Assembly: GCA_963977005.1 (NCBI GenBank)
Contig: CAXBMQ010000019.1
Span: 26,734 to 90,733, forward strand
DNA: 64,000 nt
Source of the DNA: an uncultured Rhodospirillaceae bacterium
Lineage (GTDB): Bacteria; Pseudomonadota; Alphaproteobacteria; MPNO01; UBA830
Direction of reading: 5' to 3'
The notes below the pieces were generated by a model. The model was not told the origin of the DNA. It did no database searches and saw nothing but the letters and a program-made list of their open reading frames with translations. The number at the start of each line of letters is the position of its first letter. The first letter of the stretch is position 1. This document shows, piece by piece, positions 1 to 9,768 of the stretch. The translations under genes were made by a program, and so were the position numbers.

Positions 1-933
1 TTCGCGCACGACGACATCGACGCCGTCGACGGCTTTCACATGGCCAACGGTGCGCCGCAGGATGCCTTTTTTGATCGGGAACCAGACCTTCAGGTCGTCC
101 GCCTCTATTATGTGTTTGGCGTCGTCGCGCGCCGGCAGGGGATTGCCCTTGGGCTCGGCGGCGAGCAGGTGCTTCGTGTAGTCGTGCTGCGGCGTCTCGA
201 ACAGTTTTTCGGTCTCGGCGACCTCGACCAGTTCGCCGTCCTTCATCACGCAGACACGGTGCGCGACCTTGCGCACGATCACCAGGTCGTGGGTGATCAG
301 CAGGATCGACATGCCGCGCTTCGCCTGGATATCGCGCAGCAGCGCCAGGATCTGCGCCTGGATCGTCACGTCGAGCGCGGTGGTCGGCTCATCCGCGATC
401 AACAGGTCGGGGTCGTTGGCGAGCGCCATGGCGATCATCACCCGCTGGCGCTGGCCGCCCGACAACTGGTGCGGATAGGCCGACAGGCGTTCCTCGACAT
501 CGGGCAGGCCGACCTCGCTCAGCAGTTCGATCACCCGCGCCCGCGCGGCGGCCTTGTCCATTTTCTTGTGGATGAACATGATCTCGCTGAGCTGCTTCTC
601 GATCGTGTGCAGCGGGTTCAGCGATGTCAGCGGTTCCTGGAAGATGATGGCGATCCGGTCGCCGCGGATTTTCTGCATCTTTTCCGGCTTCGCGCCGACC
701 AGCTCCTCGCCTTCCAGCATGATAGAGCCCGACGGATGATGCGCCGTCGGATAGGGCAGAAGCTGCAGGATCGACAGCGCGCTGACCGATTTGCCCGAGC
801 CGGATTCGCCGACCAGCGCCAGCGTCTCGCCGCGCCCGATATCGAACGACACGTTCTTTACCGCGCGCGTCTCGTTTTCGCCGCGGCCGAACGACACCGA
901 CAGATCGGCAATTCTGACAAGGGGGTCGGTCAT
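1..933 (-). CDS. yejF: Peptide/microcin C-type ABC transporter ATP-binding protein, N-terminal ATPase domain. 5' partial: the gene runs off the window start.
   Basis: Minus-strand translation from ATG (cat at 931-933) gives [19 protein letters not shown]..., with Walker A GESGSGKS and the ABC signature LSGGQRQRV. Operon position downstream of yejE. Not in the ORF track because it is truncated by the window edge. Confidence 0.85.
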   Translation of the reverse strand, partial: MTDPLVRIADLSVSFGRGENETRAVKNVSFDIGRGETLALVGESGSGKSVSALSILQLLPYPTAHHPSGSIMLEGEELVGAKPEKMQKIRGDRIAIIFQEPLTSLNPLHTIEKQLSEIMFIHKKMDKAAARARVIELLSEVGLPDVEERLSAYPHQLSGGQRQRVMIAMALANDPDLLIADEPTTALDVTIQAQILALLRDIQAKRGMSILLITHDLVIVRKVAHRVCVMKDGELVEVAETEKLFETPQHDYTKHLLAAEPKGNPLPARDDAKHIIEADDLKVWFPIKKGILRRTVGHVKAVDGVDVVVRE

Positions 934-940
934 CGGCCGG

Positions 941-2032
941 TTACTCCCCGAACGTCTTTCTGGGATCGAACGCGTCGCGCACCGCCTCGCCGACGAAGAT
1001 CAGCAGGATCAGGGTCAGCGAGATACTGATGGTCGATGTGAGCCCGAGCCACGGCGCCTGCAGGTTGGACTTGCCCTGCTGGAGCAGCTCGCCCAGCGAC
1101 GGCGAACCCGGCGGCAGGCCGAGGCCGAGGAAGTCGAGCGCCGTCAGGCTGGTGATCGAGCCGGTCAGGATCAGCGGCAGGAAGGTCAGCGTCGCGACCA
1201 TCGCGTTGGGCAGGACGTGGCGGAACATGATGGTGACGTTGCCGACGCCGAGTGCGCGCGCCGCCTTGACGAATTCGAAATTGCGCGCCCGCAGGAATTC
1301 GGCGCGCACCACGCCGACCAGCGATGTCCAGCCGAACAGCAGCAGGATCAGCAGCAGCGTCCAGAACCCGGGGATAATCACGCTGGACAGGATGATCAGG
1401 ATATAGAGCTGCGGCAGCCCGCCCCATATCTCGATAAAGCGCTGGAAAATCAGGTCCAGCCAGCCGCCGAAATAGCCCTGGAAGGCGCCTGCGACGATGC
1501 CGATGACGGACCCGATCAGGGTCAGGATCAGCCCGAACAGCACCGATATGCGAAAGCCGTAGATCACCCGCGCCAGCACGTCGCGGCCCTGGTCGTCGGT
1601 GCCGAGCCAGTTATCGCCCGACGGCGGCGCCGGGGCGGGAACTTTCAGGTTCAGGTTGACCGTGTTGTAGCTGTAGCGCACCGGCGGCCAGATCATCCAG
1701 CCGCCCTTTTCGGTGATCAGGTCCTGCACGTCGGGTTCGCGGTATTCGGCTTCGGTCTCGAAATCGCCGTCAAAGACCGTCTCGGCATAGGTGTTGAGCA
1801 CCGGGGTATACAGCGATCCCTCGTACCAGATGACGAGCGGGCGGTCATTGGCGATGAATTCGGCCGGCAGGGTACCGAGGAACAGCACGAGAAACGCCCA
1901 CAGCGCCCAGCGTCCGCGCCGGTTGCGGCGGAAATTCACCAGGCGCCGGGCGTTCAGCGGCGAGATGCGCAGGCCCAGGAATCGCGGGTGCTGGACGGGG
2001 GGCGCTGACTCCGCCGTTGCTGCCCTAGACAT
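941..2032 (-). CDS. yejE: ABC transporter permease, OppC/YejE family
   Basis: 363-aa ORF; multi-pass membrane protein with the BPD-transporter EAA-like loop (VRAEFLRARNFEFVKAARALG). Start overlaps the yejB stop. Confidence 0.85.
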   Translation of the reverse strand: MSRAATAESAPPVQHPRFLGLRISPLNARRLVNFRRNRRGRWALWAFLVLFLGTLPAEFIANDRPLVIWYEGSLYTPVLNTYAETVFDGDFETEAEYREPDVQDLITEKGGWMIWPPVRYSYNTVNLNLKVPAPAPPSGDNWLGTDDQGRDVLARVIYGFRISVLFGLILTLIGSVIGIVAGAFQGYFGGWLDLIFQRFIEIWGGLPQLYILIILSSVIIPGFWTLLLILLLFGWTSLVGVVRAEFLRARNFEFVKAARALGVGNVTIMFRHVLPNAMVATLTFLPLILTGSITSLTALDFLGLGLPPGSPSLGELLQQGKSNLQAPWLGLTSTISISLTLILLIFVGEAVRDAFDPRKTFGE

Positions 2033-3134
2033 GACGGCCCTCGAAATCGATCCGCGGATCGATGATCGTGTACATCAGGTCGCCGACCAGGTTCATCACC
2101 AGGCCGAGCAGGGTGAAGAAATAGACGGTCGCGAACATGATCGGATAATCGCGCTTGATCGCGGCCTCGAAGCCCAGCAGGCCGAGCCCGTCGAGCGAGA
2201 AAATGATCTCGATGAGCATCGCGCCCGTGAACAGGATGCCGATAAACGCGCTCGGGAAGCCGGCGATCACGATCAGCATGGCGTTGCGGAATACGTGGCC
2301 GTACATCACGCGGCGCTCGGTCAGGCCCTTGGCGCGCGCGGTCTGGACGTAGAGCATGTTGATCTGGTCGAGATAGGAATTCTTGGTCAGCATGGTCAGC
2401 GACAGGAACCCGCCCAGCACCAGCGCCGTGATCGGCAGCACCAGGTGCCAGAGATAATCGAGGACCTGGCCCATGATCGACAGTTCGCTGAAGTTCTCCG
2501 ACGTCAGCCCGCGCAGCGGGAAGATGTCGAAAAAACTGCCTCCCGAGAACAGCACGATCAGCAGGATCGCCATCACGAAGGACGGGATCGCGAACCCGAT
2601 GGTCAGCAGCGTTGTCGTCCACACATCGAACCGGGTGCCGTCCTTGACCGCCTTGCGGATACCGAGCGGGATACACACCAGATAGACGATCAGCGTGGTC
2701 CACAGGCCGAGCGAGATCGAGACCGGCATTTTGGACAGCACCAGGTCGATCACCGTCTCGTCGCGGAAAAAGCTGGTGCCGAAATCGAAGACGATGAAAT
2801 CGCCCATCATCTTCAGGAACCGTTCGTGCAGCGGCTTGTCGAAGCCGAACTGGCGTTCGAGGTCCTTGATGAATTCGGGGTCGAGGCCCTGCGCGCCGCG
2901 ATACCCGCTATCGGCGGTCGAGGCGGATGCCGCGGCCGACGCGCTGCCGCCGGAAATCTCGCTGCCGCCGCCGCTGATGCGCCCGGTGGTGCCGGCATCG
3001 GTGCCGGTGACCTCGGCGATGATCTGTTCGATCGGCCCGCCGGGGGCCAGCTGCACGATGGCGAAATTGATGATCATGATTCCCAGCAATGTGGGAATCA
3101 TCAGGGCGAGCCGGCGGACGATATAAGCGAGCAT
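2025..3134 (-). CDS. yejB: ABC transporter permease, OppB/YejB family
   Basis: 369-aa ORF with N-terminal MLAYIVRRL...INFAIVQLAPGGP, typical of OppB-like permeases, and the motif YVQTARAKGL. Confidence 0.85.
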   Translation of the reverse strand: MLAYIVRRLALMIPTLLGIMIINFAIVQLAPGGPIEQIIAEVTGTDAGTTGRISGGGSEISGGSASAAASASTADSGYRGAQGLDPEFIKDLERQFGFDKPLHERFLKMMGDFIVFDFGTSFFRDETVIDLVLSKMPVSISLGLWTTLIVYLVCIPLGIRKAVKDGTRFDVWTTTLLTIGFAIPSFVMAILLIVLFSGGSFFDIFPLRGLTSENFSELSIMGQVLDYLWHLVLPITALVLGGFLSLTMLTKNSYLDQINMLYVQTARAKGLTERRVMYGHVFRNAMLIVIAGFPSAFIGILFTGAMLIEIIFSLDGLGLLGFEAAIKRDYPIMFATVYFFTLLGLVMNLVGDLMYTIIDPRIDFEGRHV

Positions 3135-3152
3135 TCGGTTCCGTTCTTCCCG

Positions 3153-5036
3153 CTATTTTCCGCCCGGCGGGGGCAGGGCGCCCGGCGGTGGCGGCGGGGC
3201 CTGTCCGTCATCGATCATGTCCGCCTTGGCCTTATCGTACCACCATGTGTCGAGAACGCCCGGATCGAATTTCGGCGATATGGCCGGGCGGCTGAACTTG
3301 TTCCAGTAAGCGACGTTATGGGCGCCCTTGTACCACTGGGTAATCACGAAACGGTTCCACATCAATACCCGGTCGAGCGCGCGGACCGCGGTGGTCAGGT
3401 CCTCGCGCGACCCGGCGGACACGACTTTTTCGATCAGCGCGTCGACCACGGGGTCCTGGACGCCGCCGATATTGAACGACCCGGGCACATCGGCGAATTC
3501 GGATCCGAAATAGTTGCGCTGTTCCAGCCCCGGGGTCAGCGGCTGCGATATCCGGCGCACGACCACGTCGAAGTCGAAGCTGTCCTGGCGGCGCTTGAAG
3601 TTCGCGACGTCGACGATGCGGATGCTTGCCCGGATGCCGAGGCGTTTCAGGTTGCGGATCATCGGGTTGATGATCCGCTTGAAGCTCGATTCGAACAGCA
3701 GGAATTCGACTTCCAGCGGCTTCCCCGCGCCGTCGACCAGAACGCCCTTGCGAATCCTGTACCCGGCTTCCCTGAGCAGCGTGTTCGCCTTGCGCAGGCT
3801 GCCGCGGATGCGGCCGGTGCCGTCGTTCTTCGGCGATTTGAACGGCGTCGTGAAAACCTCGTCCGGCACCTGGCCGCGAAACGGCTCGAGCAGGGCAAGT
3901 TCGGCCGACGATGGTGGCTTGTGCGCGGCAAGGGCCGAGTTTTCGAACATCGAATTGGTGCGCTCGTACAGATCGTAGAACAGCGTGCGGTTGGTCCATT
4001 CGAAATCGAAGGCCAGGTCCATCGCCGTGCGCACACGGATGTCCCTGAACTTGTCGCGCCGCAAATTCAGGATAAACGCCTGCACGCCGGACGGCGTTTC
4101 GTCCGGCAGGGTCTCGCGCACAATCAGCCCCTTGTTGACCGGCGGTTCGTCGTACTGGATCGCCCACTGGCGCGAGGTGAATTCCTCGCGGTAATCGTAC
4201 TGGTTCGAAAAGAAGGCCTGAAAGGCGATTTCCCGGTCGCGGTAATATTCGACCGTGATTTCGTCGAAATTGAACCGCCCGCGGCTGACCGGCAGGTCCT
4301 TCGCCCAGTATTTTGCGGCCCGGCTATAGGTAATCGACCGGCCGGGCTCGTATTCCTCCACCACATAGGGGCCACTGGCCAGCGGCGCCTCGAAAGACGT
4401 CTTGGTGAAGTCGACCTTGTCGTAATAGGCCTTCGACAGCACCGGCAGGGAGGCAAGCCGGGTCGGCAGGTCGCGGTGGGTGCCCGGCTTGAACGTGAAT
4501 TTCACGCGGCTTGGCGACGTCGCCTCGGCGCGGTCGACATCCCGGAAGTTGATCCGGTAGCGCGGATGGCCGTCCCTGGTCAGGGCGTTGAAGGTGAAAA
4601 CGACATCTTCGGCGGTGATCGGCGTGCCGTCATGAAATCTGGCGCGCGGGTCTATGTTGAACGCGACCCACGTCTTGTCCGCCGGTTGCTCCACTGTCCG
4701 GGCGACCAGGCCGTAATAGGAATCCGGCTCGTCGAACGAGCGCGCCATCAGGGTGTCGAACAACAGCCCTTCGGCGAGCACTTCTTTTCGGCCCTTCAGG
4801 ATAAACGGATGCACGGTCTCGAACGTATCGAGGCCCGGCACCTTGATGCTGCCGCCCTTCGGCGCAGTCGGGTTCACGTAGGCGAAGTGGGCAAAACCGT
4901 CCGGGTATTTCAGGTCGCCGAACACGCTGAGCCCGTGACGGGGGGCAACATCCTGCGCGCGGCCCGGCCCGGGAAGGGAGAGCGCGCCGGCCGCCAGGGC
5001 CGCGACGGCGAAGATGGACAGGGTCAGTCGGTTCAT
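3153..5036 (-). CDS. yejA: Periplasmic substrate-binding protein, family 5 (YejA-like)
   Basis: 627-aa ORF with a signal peptide (MNRLTLSIFAVAALAAGALS) and SBP_bac_5 features. Directly upstream of the permease genes. Confidence 0.8.
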   Translation of the reverse strand: MNRLTLSIFAVAALAAGALSLPGPGRAQDVAPRHGLSVFGDLKYPDGFAHFAYVNPTAPKGGSIKVPGLDTFETVHPFILKGRKEVLAEGLLFDTLMARSFDEPDSYYGLVARTVEQPADKTWVAFNIDPRARFHDGTPITAEDVVFTFNALTRDGHPRYRINFRDVDRAEATSPSRVKFTFKPGTHRDLPTRLASLPVLSKAYYDKVDFTKTSFEAPLASGPYVVEEYEPGRSITYSRAAKYWAKDLPVSRGRFNFDEITVEYYRDREIAFQAFFSNQYDYREEFTSRQWAIQYDEPPVNKGLIVRETLPDETPSGVQAFILNLRRDKFRDIRVRTAMDLAFDFEWTNRTLFYDLYERTNSMFENSALAAHKPPSSAELALLEPFRGQVPDEVFTTPFKSPKNDGTGRIRGSLRKANTLLREAGYRIRKGVLVDGAGKPLEVEFLLFESSFKRIINPMIRNLKRLGIRASIRIVDVANFKRRQDSFDFDVVVRRISQPLTPGLEQRNYFGSEFADVPGSFNIGGVQDPVVDALIEKVVSAGSREDLTTAVRALDRVLMWNRFVITQWYKGAHNVAYWNKFSRPAISPKFDPGVLDTWWYDKAKADMIDDGQAPPPPPGALPPPGGK

Positions 5037-5072
5037 TTCGCCCGCATCTTACGTGTCATTCGCGGCGATGCG

Positions 5073-6920
5073 CTAAGGATTTTTATTCCCATTTTCGAGG
5101 GCGGCTTCCCTGGCCGGGTCGATCCACCAGCTCATGACGTCGGGGCCGTATTTCGGATGTTTCGGCATGCCGAACCGGTCCCAGAAAGCGATGCGGTCGA
5201 TCCGCACGTGCCATTGCGGGATGACGTAATGGTTCCACAGCAGGACGCGGTCGAGCGCCCGGGTGGCGGTAACCAGCGATTTCCGGTCGGGCGCGTCGAC
5301 GATCTTTTCGATCAGCGCATCGACGGCGGGGTTCTTGATGCCGATGGTGTTGCGGCTGCCCGGCCGGTCGGCCGCGTCCGAGCTCCAGAAATCGCGCTGT
5401 TCGTTGCCCGGCGATTCGGATTGTCCGGCGCCGCCGACGATCATGTCGTAGTCGAACGAGCGTATCCGGTTGATGTATTGCGACTGATCGACCGTGCGCA
5501 CGTTCGCGACGATGCCCAGCCGTTTCAGGTTCTGGGCAAACGGGGAAACGATGCGCTCGAAGGCCGGGCTGACCAGCAGGATCTCGAATTCCACGGGCTT
5601 GCCGGTCCTGGGCGAAATCAGCCTGTTGTTCTCGATTTTGTAGCCGGCGCCCTTCAGCAGGCGCAGGCCGGTGCGCAGGTTCCTGCGGATATTGCCGGAC
5701 CCGTCGGTCGCCGGCGGTGCGTAGATTTCGGTGAAGACCTCGTCGGGGATCTTGCCGCGCCACGGCGCCAGCAGGGCCAGTTCGGCCTTCGACGGCAGCG
5801 CCGTCGCCGCCAGGTCCGAGTTCGAAAAATAGCTGCTTGTCCGGGCGTATTGTCCGTAGAAGAGGTTCCTGTTCGACCACTCGAAATCGAACGCATAGGC
5901 CATGGCCCGGCGCAGAACGGGATCCTGGAACTGTTCGCGGCGAATGTTGAAAACGAAGGCCTGCATGCCGGTCGGCCGCGCATGTTCGACCTCCTCGAGC
6001 TTTACGCGCCCCGCCTTGCGCGCCGGAAAATTGTACCCGGTCGCCCAGACAAGGGACGCATTCTCGCTGCGGATGTCGTAGCGGTGCGATTTGAAGGCCT
6101 CGAGCGCCACCGTCTGGTCGCGATAATAGTCGTAGCGGATGCGGTCGAAATTGTTCTGGCCGATATTGATCGGCAGGTTTGCACCCCACCAGTCCTTCAC
6201 CCGGTCGATCTCGACGTAGCGTCCCGGTTCGAAGGCGCCGATGCGGTAGGGTCCACTGCCCAGGGGGCGTTCCAGCGTGGTCTTGGTGAAATCGCGCGTC
6301 GACCACCATTTTTTCGACATCACCGGCAACTGACCGGTGATGTGGGGAAGCTCGCGGTTCGGCGGACCGGTGAACTCGAACTTCACCTTGTGCGGCCCCA
6401 GTTTCACGGCGCGCGCGATATTCTTGTAATAGAAGCGGTAAAACGGCGCGCCGTCCTTCTTGAGGGTCTCGAACGTCCAGATCACGTCGTCGGCGGTGAC
6501 GGGGGAGCCGTCGTGAAACCGGGCTTCGGGCCGCAGCGTGAAGGTGGTGTAGGAAAGATCTTCCGGCACCTCGACCGATTTCGCGATCAGCCCGTACCCG
6601 GCGGAAATTTCGTCCATCGGCGACGTCATCAGGGTCTCGTATACCTGGCCGATGCCGGCCGAGGGGTTGCCCTTGATGATATAGGGATTGAACGTATCGA
6701 ACGTGCCGATGGAGAAACGCCGCAGCGTGCCGCCCTTCGGCGCGTCCGGGTTCACGTAATCAAGGTGCCTGAAACCGGCGGGGTATTTCAGCTTGTCCAG
6801 CAGGGTCAGGCCGTGGCTGACCTTTACGCCGGGTTTGCCCTGCGCTGCGGCGGGCGTGGTGGCGGCGCCGACGGAAAGTGTCAAACCGGCGCAGATCAGC
6901 GCCGCGGTCAGGATTTTCAT
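5073..6920 (-). CDS. Second periplasmic substrate-binding protein, family 5 (YejA paralog)
   Basis: 615-aa ORF with a signal peptide (MKILTAALICAGLTLSVGAATTPAAAQ). Clearly paralogous to the 3153..5036 product, with the same length and the same conserved blocks (DxxxFxxVHPF, WxxDLP). Confidence 0.8.
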   Translation of the reverse strand: MKILTAALICAGLTLSVGAATTPAAAQGKPGVKVSHGLTLLDKLKYPAGFRHLDYVNPDAPKGGTLRRFSIGTFDTFNPYIIKGNPSAGIGQVYETLMTSPMDEISAGYGLIAKSVEVPEDLSYTTFTLRPEARFHDGSPVTADDVIWTFETLKKDGAPFYRFYYKNIARAVKLGPHKVKFEFTGPPNRELPHITGQLPVMSKKWWSTRDFTKTTLERPLGSGPYRIGAFEPGRYVEIDRVKDWWGANLPINIGQNNFDRIRYDYYRDQTVALEAFKSHRYDIRSENASLVWATGYNFPARKAGRVKLEEVEHARPTGMQAFVFNIRREQFQDPVLRRAMAYAFDFEWSNRNLFYGQYARTSSYFSNSDLAATALPSKAELALLAPWRGKIPDEVFTEIYAPPATDGSGNIRRNLRTGLRLLKGAGYKIENNRLISPRTGKPVEFEILLVSPAFERIVSPFAQNLKRLGIVANVRTVDQSQYINRIRSFDYDMIVGGAGQSESPGNEQRDFWSSDAADRPGSRNTIGIKNPAVDALIEKIVDAPDRKSLVTATRALDRVLLWNHYVIPQWHVRIDRIAFWDRFGMPKHPKYGPDVMSWWIDPAREAALENGNKNP

Positions 6921-7012
6921 GGCCTTTGGTCCCTGCTTCGTTCTTCAAGCCTAATGTGATTGTTCCTGCCCGAATGACAAGCTCATCCGTTTCGACACGG
7001 GAAACCGGCGCG

Positions 7013-7792
7013 TTAACCGTCTAGAAGTGTCAGGATTTCGGCATGGGTCCGCCGGTCGCCACAGGCGAGGATCGTGCCGTCCGAGGACAGCGAGACGGGC
7101 TTGCCGTGCCAGTCGGTCACGATTCCGCCGGCCGCCTCGATCACCGGCGCCAGCGCGCAGAAATCGTAGGTCTGCAGTCCGGCTTCGAGCACCACGTCCA
7201 CGAATCCCGATGCGATCTGTGCATAGGTGTAGCAATCGCCGCCATAAACCACGTGTTTTGCGCCGTCCGCGACCGAGCGCCAGGCCTCGATCTGCCCCGG
7301 GCCGAACAGTTCCGGCGCCGTCGTCCCCGCGATCGCGTCCGCCAGGGACGGGCAGGCCCGCACCTGCACCGGATCGTCGTTACAGGACGCACCGGATCCC
7401 GCCGCGCCGACCCAGCGTTCGCCGTTCACCGGCTGGTCGATCACGCCGAGTATGGGGATGCCGTCGCGCACCAGTGCGATCAGGGTGCCGAAGATCGGCC
7501 GGCCGCTGATGAACGATTTCGTGCCGTCGATCGGATCGATCACCCAGACATATTCGGCGTCGGTATCCGTGTTGCCGAATTCCTCGCCGATAATGCCGTC
7601 GCCCGGCCGGGTCTCGGCGAGGATCGCGCGGATGGCCTGTTCGGCCTCGCGGTCGGCGGCGGTGACGGGCGATGCGTCGGTTTTTCCGTCGACCCGGATG
7701 GGCTGGCGGAAATAGCCGCGGATCACAGGCCCGCTGGCATCTGCCAGGCGATGGGCAATATCGATAAACTCGGGGGGGCAGGCGTCGGTCAT
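7013..7792 (-). CDS. hisN: Inositol monophosphatase family protein, probable histidinol-phosphatase
   Basis: 259 aa. Carries the IMPase motifs WVIDPIDGTKSF and the C-terminal WD..AG region. Size and family match alphaproteobacterial HisN, but the hisN assignment itself is an inference. Confidence 0.65.
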   Translation of the reverse strand: MTDACPPEFIDIAHRLADASGPVIRGYFRQPIRVDGKTDASPVTAADREAEQAIRAILAETRPGDGIIGEEFGNTDTDAEYVWVIDPIDGTKSFISGRPIFGTLIALVRDGIPILGVIDQPVNGERWVGAAGSGASCNDDPVQVRACPSLADAIAGTTAPELFGPGQIEAWRSVADGAKHVVYGGDCYTYAQIASGFVDVVLEAGLQTYDFCALAPVIEAAGGIVTDWHGKPVSLSSDGTILACGDRRTHAEILTLLDG

Positions 7793-7876
7793 GCGCGCAG
7801 TCTGTCGCGAATCACGGTCGTTTGAAAGGGCGGCTGAAAGGGCGGCGCCGCGCGCCGGTCGCGATCGCCCGCGGCG

Positions 7877-8386
7877 TTAATGCACGACCTTGTAGCTGAA
7901 GGCGGAGACCACGCGATTGACGCGGCTGCCATCGTCCGACAGCGGCAGCAGAATGCTGCGATACAGCACTTCCTGGCCCTTCTTGTTGAAGAACCGCCCG
8001 ACATCGGCCATCGGTTTTTTGAGATCGACCGACGCACGACAGAAAGAGAGACCCATTTCGGTGGAGGAAGGCAGCGTGTCGAGTACGGAAAGACCCGTCG
8101 GGTCGCGGCCAAGAGCCGCCTGGACGCGCGCGCCCGCGGCAACCACCCGGTCTTCAAGCTCGCTGACGCCGACCTCGATCACCAGGGAATCTTCTGCGCC
8201 GAACGGACAGTCGTCCATGTCCAGCACCGATGACAGCGGAAGATCGCCGTCCCTGCGTACGCTTTCCCAGAATTTAAGCGCTTTTCCTACCAACCGGTTT
8301 TCGACATTCGAGCGAACTTGCTCTGTCGGCCCGGAGACCGCACGCTGATGGTCCAATGTAACCCCCCCTAAAATACGCAAACGCAC
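7877..8386 (-). CDS. Small PAS-like domain protein (hypothetical). Start codon uncertain.
   Basis: 169-aa ORF. Segments ...LPLSSVLDMDDCPFG...LLPLSDDGSRVNRVVSAFSY resemble the small alphaproteobacterial PAS_5-type proteins. No confirmed RBS. Confidence 0.45.
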   Translation of the reverse strand: MRLRILGGVTLDHQRAVSGPTEQVRSNVENRLVGKALKFWESVRRDGDLPLSSVLDMDDCPFGAEDSLVIEVGVSELEDRVVAAGARVQAALGRDPTGLSVLDTLPSSTEMGLSFCRASVDLKKPMADVGRFFNKKGQEVLYRSILLPLSDDGSRVNRVVSAFSYKVVH

Positions 8387-8509
8387 CTACTACCAAGCAG
8401 AGTCTACTCTGTCCCGGTAATGGTTTACAAATGGTTAATGCGTTCCCGAAAGGGCCGGCACGCGCCGGCTCCGGGGTTGGGGCGGTATTATTGCAGTGTT
8501 ACTCCAGTG

Positions 8510-9562
8510 TTATTTAAGCGGTGCAGGGGTATCCGCGAGGGTGCGCAGATAGGCGATAACGTTCGCCCGGTCGCTGTCTTTGCGCAGCCCGGCAAAGGTC
8601 ATCTTGGTGCCTTTGGCATAGTCCCGCGGCTTGCGCAGGAACGCGTTCAGGTTCTCGTATGTCCACGTGGTGCCGGCCATGCCTTCAAGCGCTTTCGAAT
8701 ACTTGAAGCCGTCATGGGCGGCCTTCTTCGCGTTGACGACATTCCACAAATTCGGCCCGATGCCGTTCTTGCCGCCTTTGTCGACGGTATGGCAGGCCTT
8801 GCATTTGTTGAAGACGCGTTTGCCTTTGTCGACGTCGCCGGCGGCGACCATTTCGGCAATGTTCATTTTGGGGGCGGTGGCTTCCGCAACGACCTCGGCG
8901 GCCTGTTTGACCTCTCCGACGACGGCCTTCACCGGTTCGGCGACGGCTTCTGCCGCCTTGATTGCCGCCTGCTTCGCGGCTTCGAGCGCTTTGGCGAGCG
9001 TGTCGATTTCTTCCTGGGTCGGCAGCGGTGCCGGCGTGTCGGCCAGGGTCCGCAGATAGGCCACGAGGTCTGCCCGGTCCGATGTTTTTTTCAGCCCGGC
9101 AAACGACATCTTGGTGCCCGGAATATAGTCCTTCGGTTTCGCCAGGAAGGCATTCAGACTTTCATAGGTCCAGGTGCCTTCTTTTTCGAGAAGGGCGCTC
9201 GAATACTTGAATCCTTCATGCGAGCCGCGCTTGGCGTTGACCGTGTTCCACAGCTTCGGGCCGATCTTGTTCTTGCCGTCTTTGGCGAAGTCATGGCAGG
9301 CGGCGCATTTCTTTGCGACCTTCATGCCGTCTTCGACGCTTGCCGAGGCAAGCAATCCGGAAATCGGTTCCAGCGGTTCCTCGACCTTCGGTTTCGGCGC
9401 GCTTGCGGTGACGGTTGCTTCGCCGCCATGTCCGCCGCCGTGGCCACCACCATGTCCGCCGCCCGTGGTCACCAGATTGTCACCGATCTTGCCGATAACT
9501 ACCAGGGTGAGCACCGCGACCAGAAGTGCACCGACGATCTTGTTAAGCTCGAATGACGACAT
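8510..9562 (-). CDS. Membrane-anchored diheme c-type cytochrome (two class I cytochrome c domains)
   Basis: Start reassigned to MSSFELNK (cat at 9560-9562); the ORF-track start at 9616 is an upstream extension. N-terminal transmembrane anchor, then the linker GGGHGGGHGGGHGG. Two CXXCH motifs (CAACH, CKACH), each followed by a mitochondrial-type cytochrome c fold (GPNLWNVV..., TKMTFAGL). The internal tandem duplication is visible at the DNA level. Confidence 0.85.
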   Translation of the reverse strand: MSSFELNKIVGALLVAVLTLVVIGKIGDNLVTTGGGHGGGHGGGHGGEATVTASAPKPKVEEPLEPISGLLASASVEDGMKVAKKCAACHDFAKDGKNKIGPKLWNTVNAKRGSHEGFKYSSALLEKEGTWTYESLNAFLAKPKDYIPGTKMSFAGLKKTSDRADLVAYLRTLADTPAPLPTQEEIDTLAKALEAAKQAAIKAAEAVAEPVKAVVGEVKQAAEVVAEATAPKMNIAEMVAAGDVDKGKRVFNKCKACHTVDKGGKNGIGPNLWNVVNAKKAAHDGFKYSKALEGMAGTTWTYENLNAFLRKPRDYAKGTKMTFAGLRKDSDRANVIAYLRTLADTPAPLK

Positions 9563-9768
9563 GCCGAATTTCCGTTGGAGTGTGAAAAGTTGCAACCGGT
9601 TGAACCGGCGACACAAATTAACCGTTGCGCACCGATCTGTCTAATATCCCAGATCGTCTGTGTCACGAATACGGCATTCCCGCAAGCGTACAAGGGGTAT
9701 AATGTCGCACCCGCGCGCCGTTTGCGCGCGGAAATCGTTCCAAACACCCGAAGAATGCGCCCCAACCT

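Noticed and set aside
40-1029. 329-aa plus-strand ORF at the window start
   Set aside because: Antisense to the yejF ATPase, whose Walker A and ABC signature motifs read cleanly on the minus strand.
1791-6959. 1722-aa plus-strand ORF spanning yejB and both SBP genes
   Set aside because: It runs antisense to four well-supported minus-strand genes with clear family signatures. The translation is low-complexity (R/A/G/D/P-rich), as typical for stop-codon-poor high-GC DNA. A read-through artifact.
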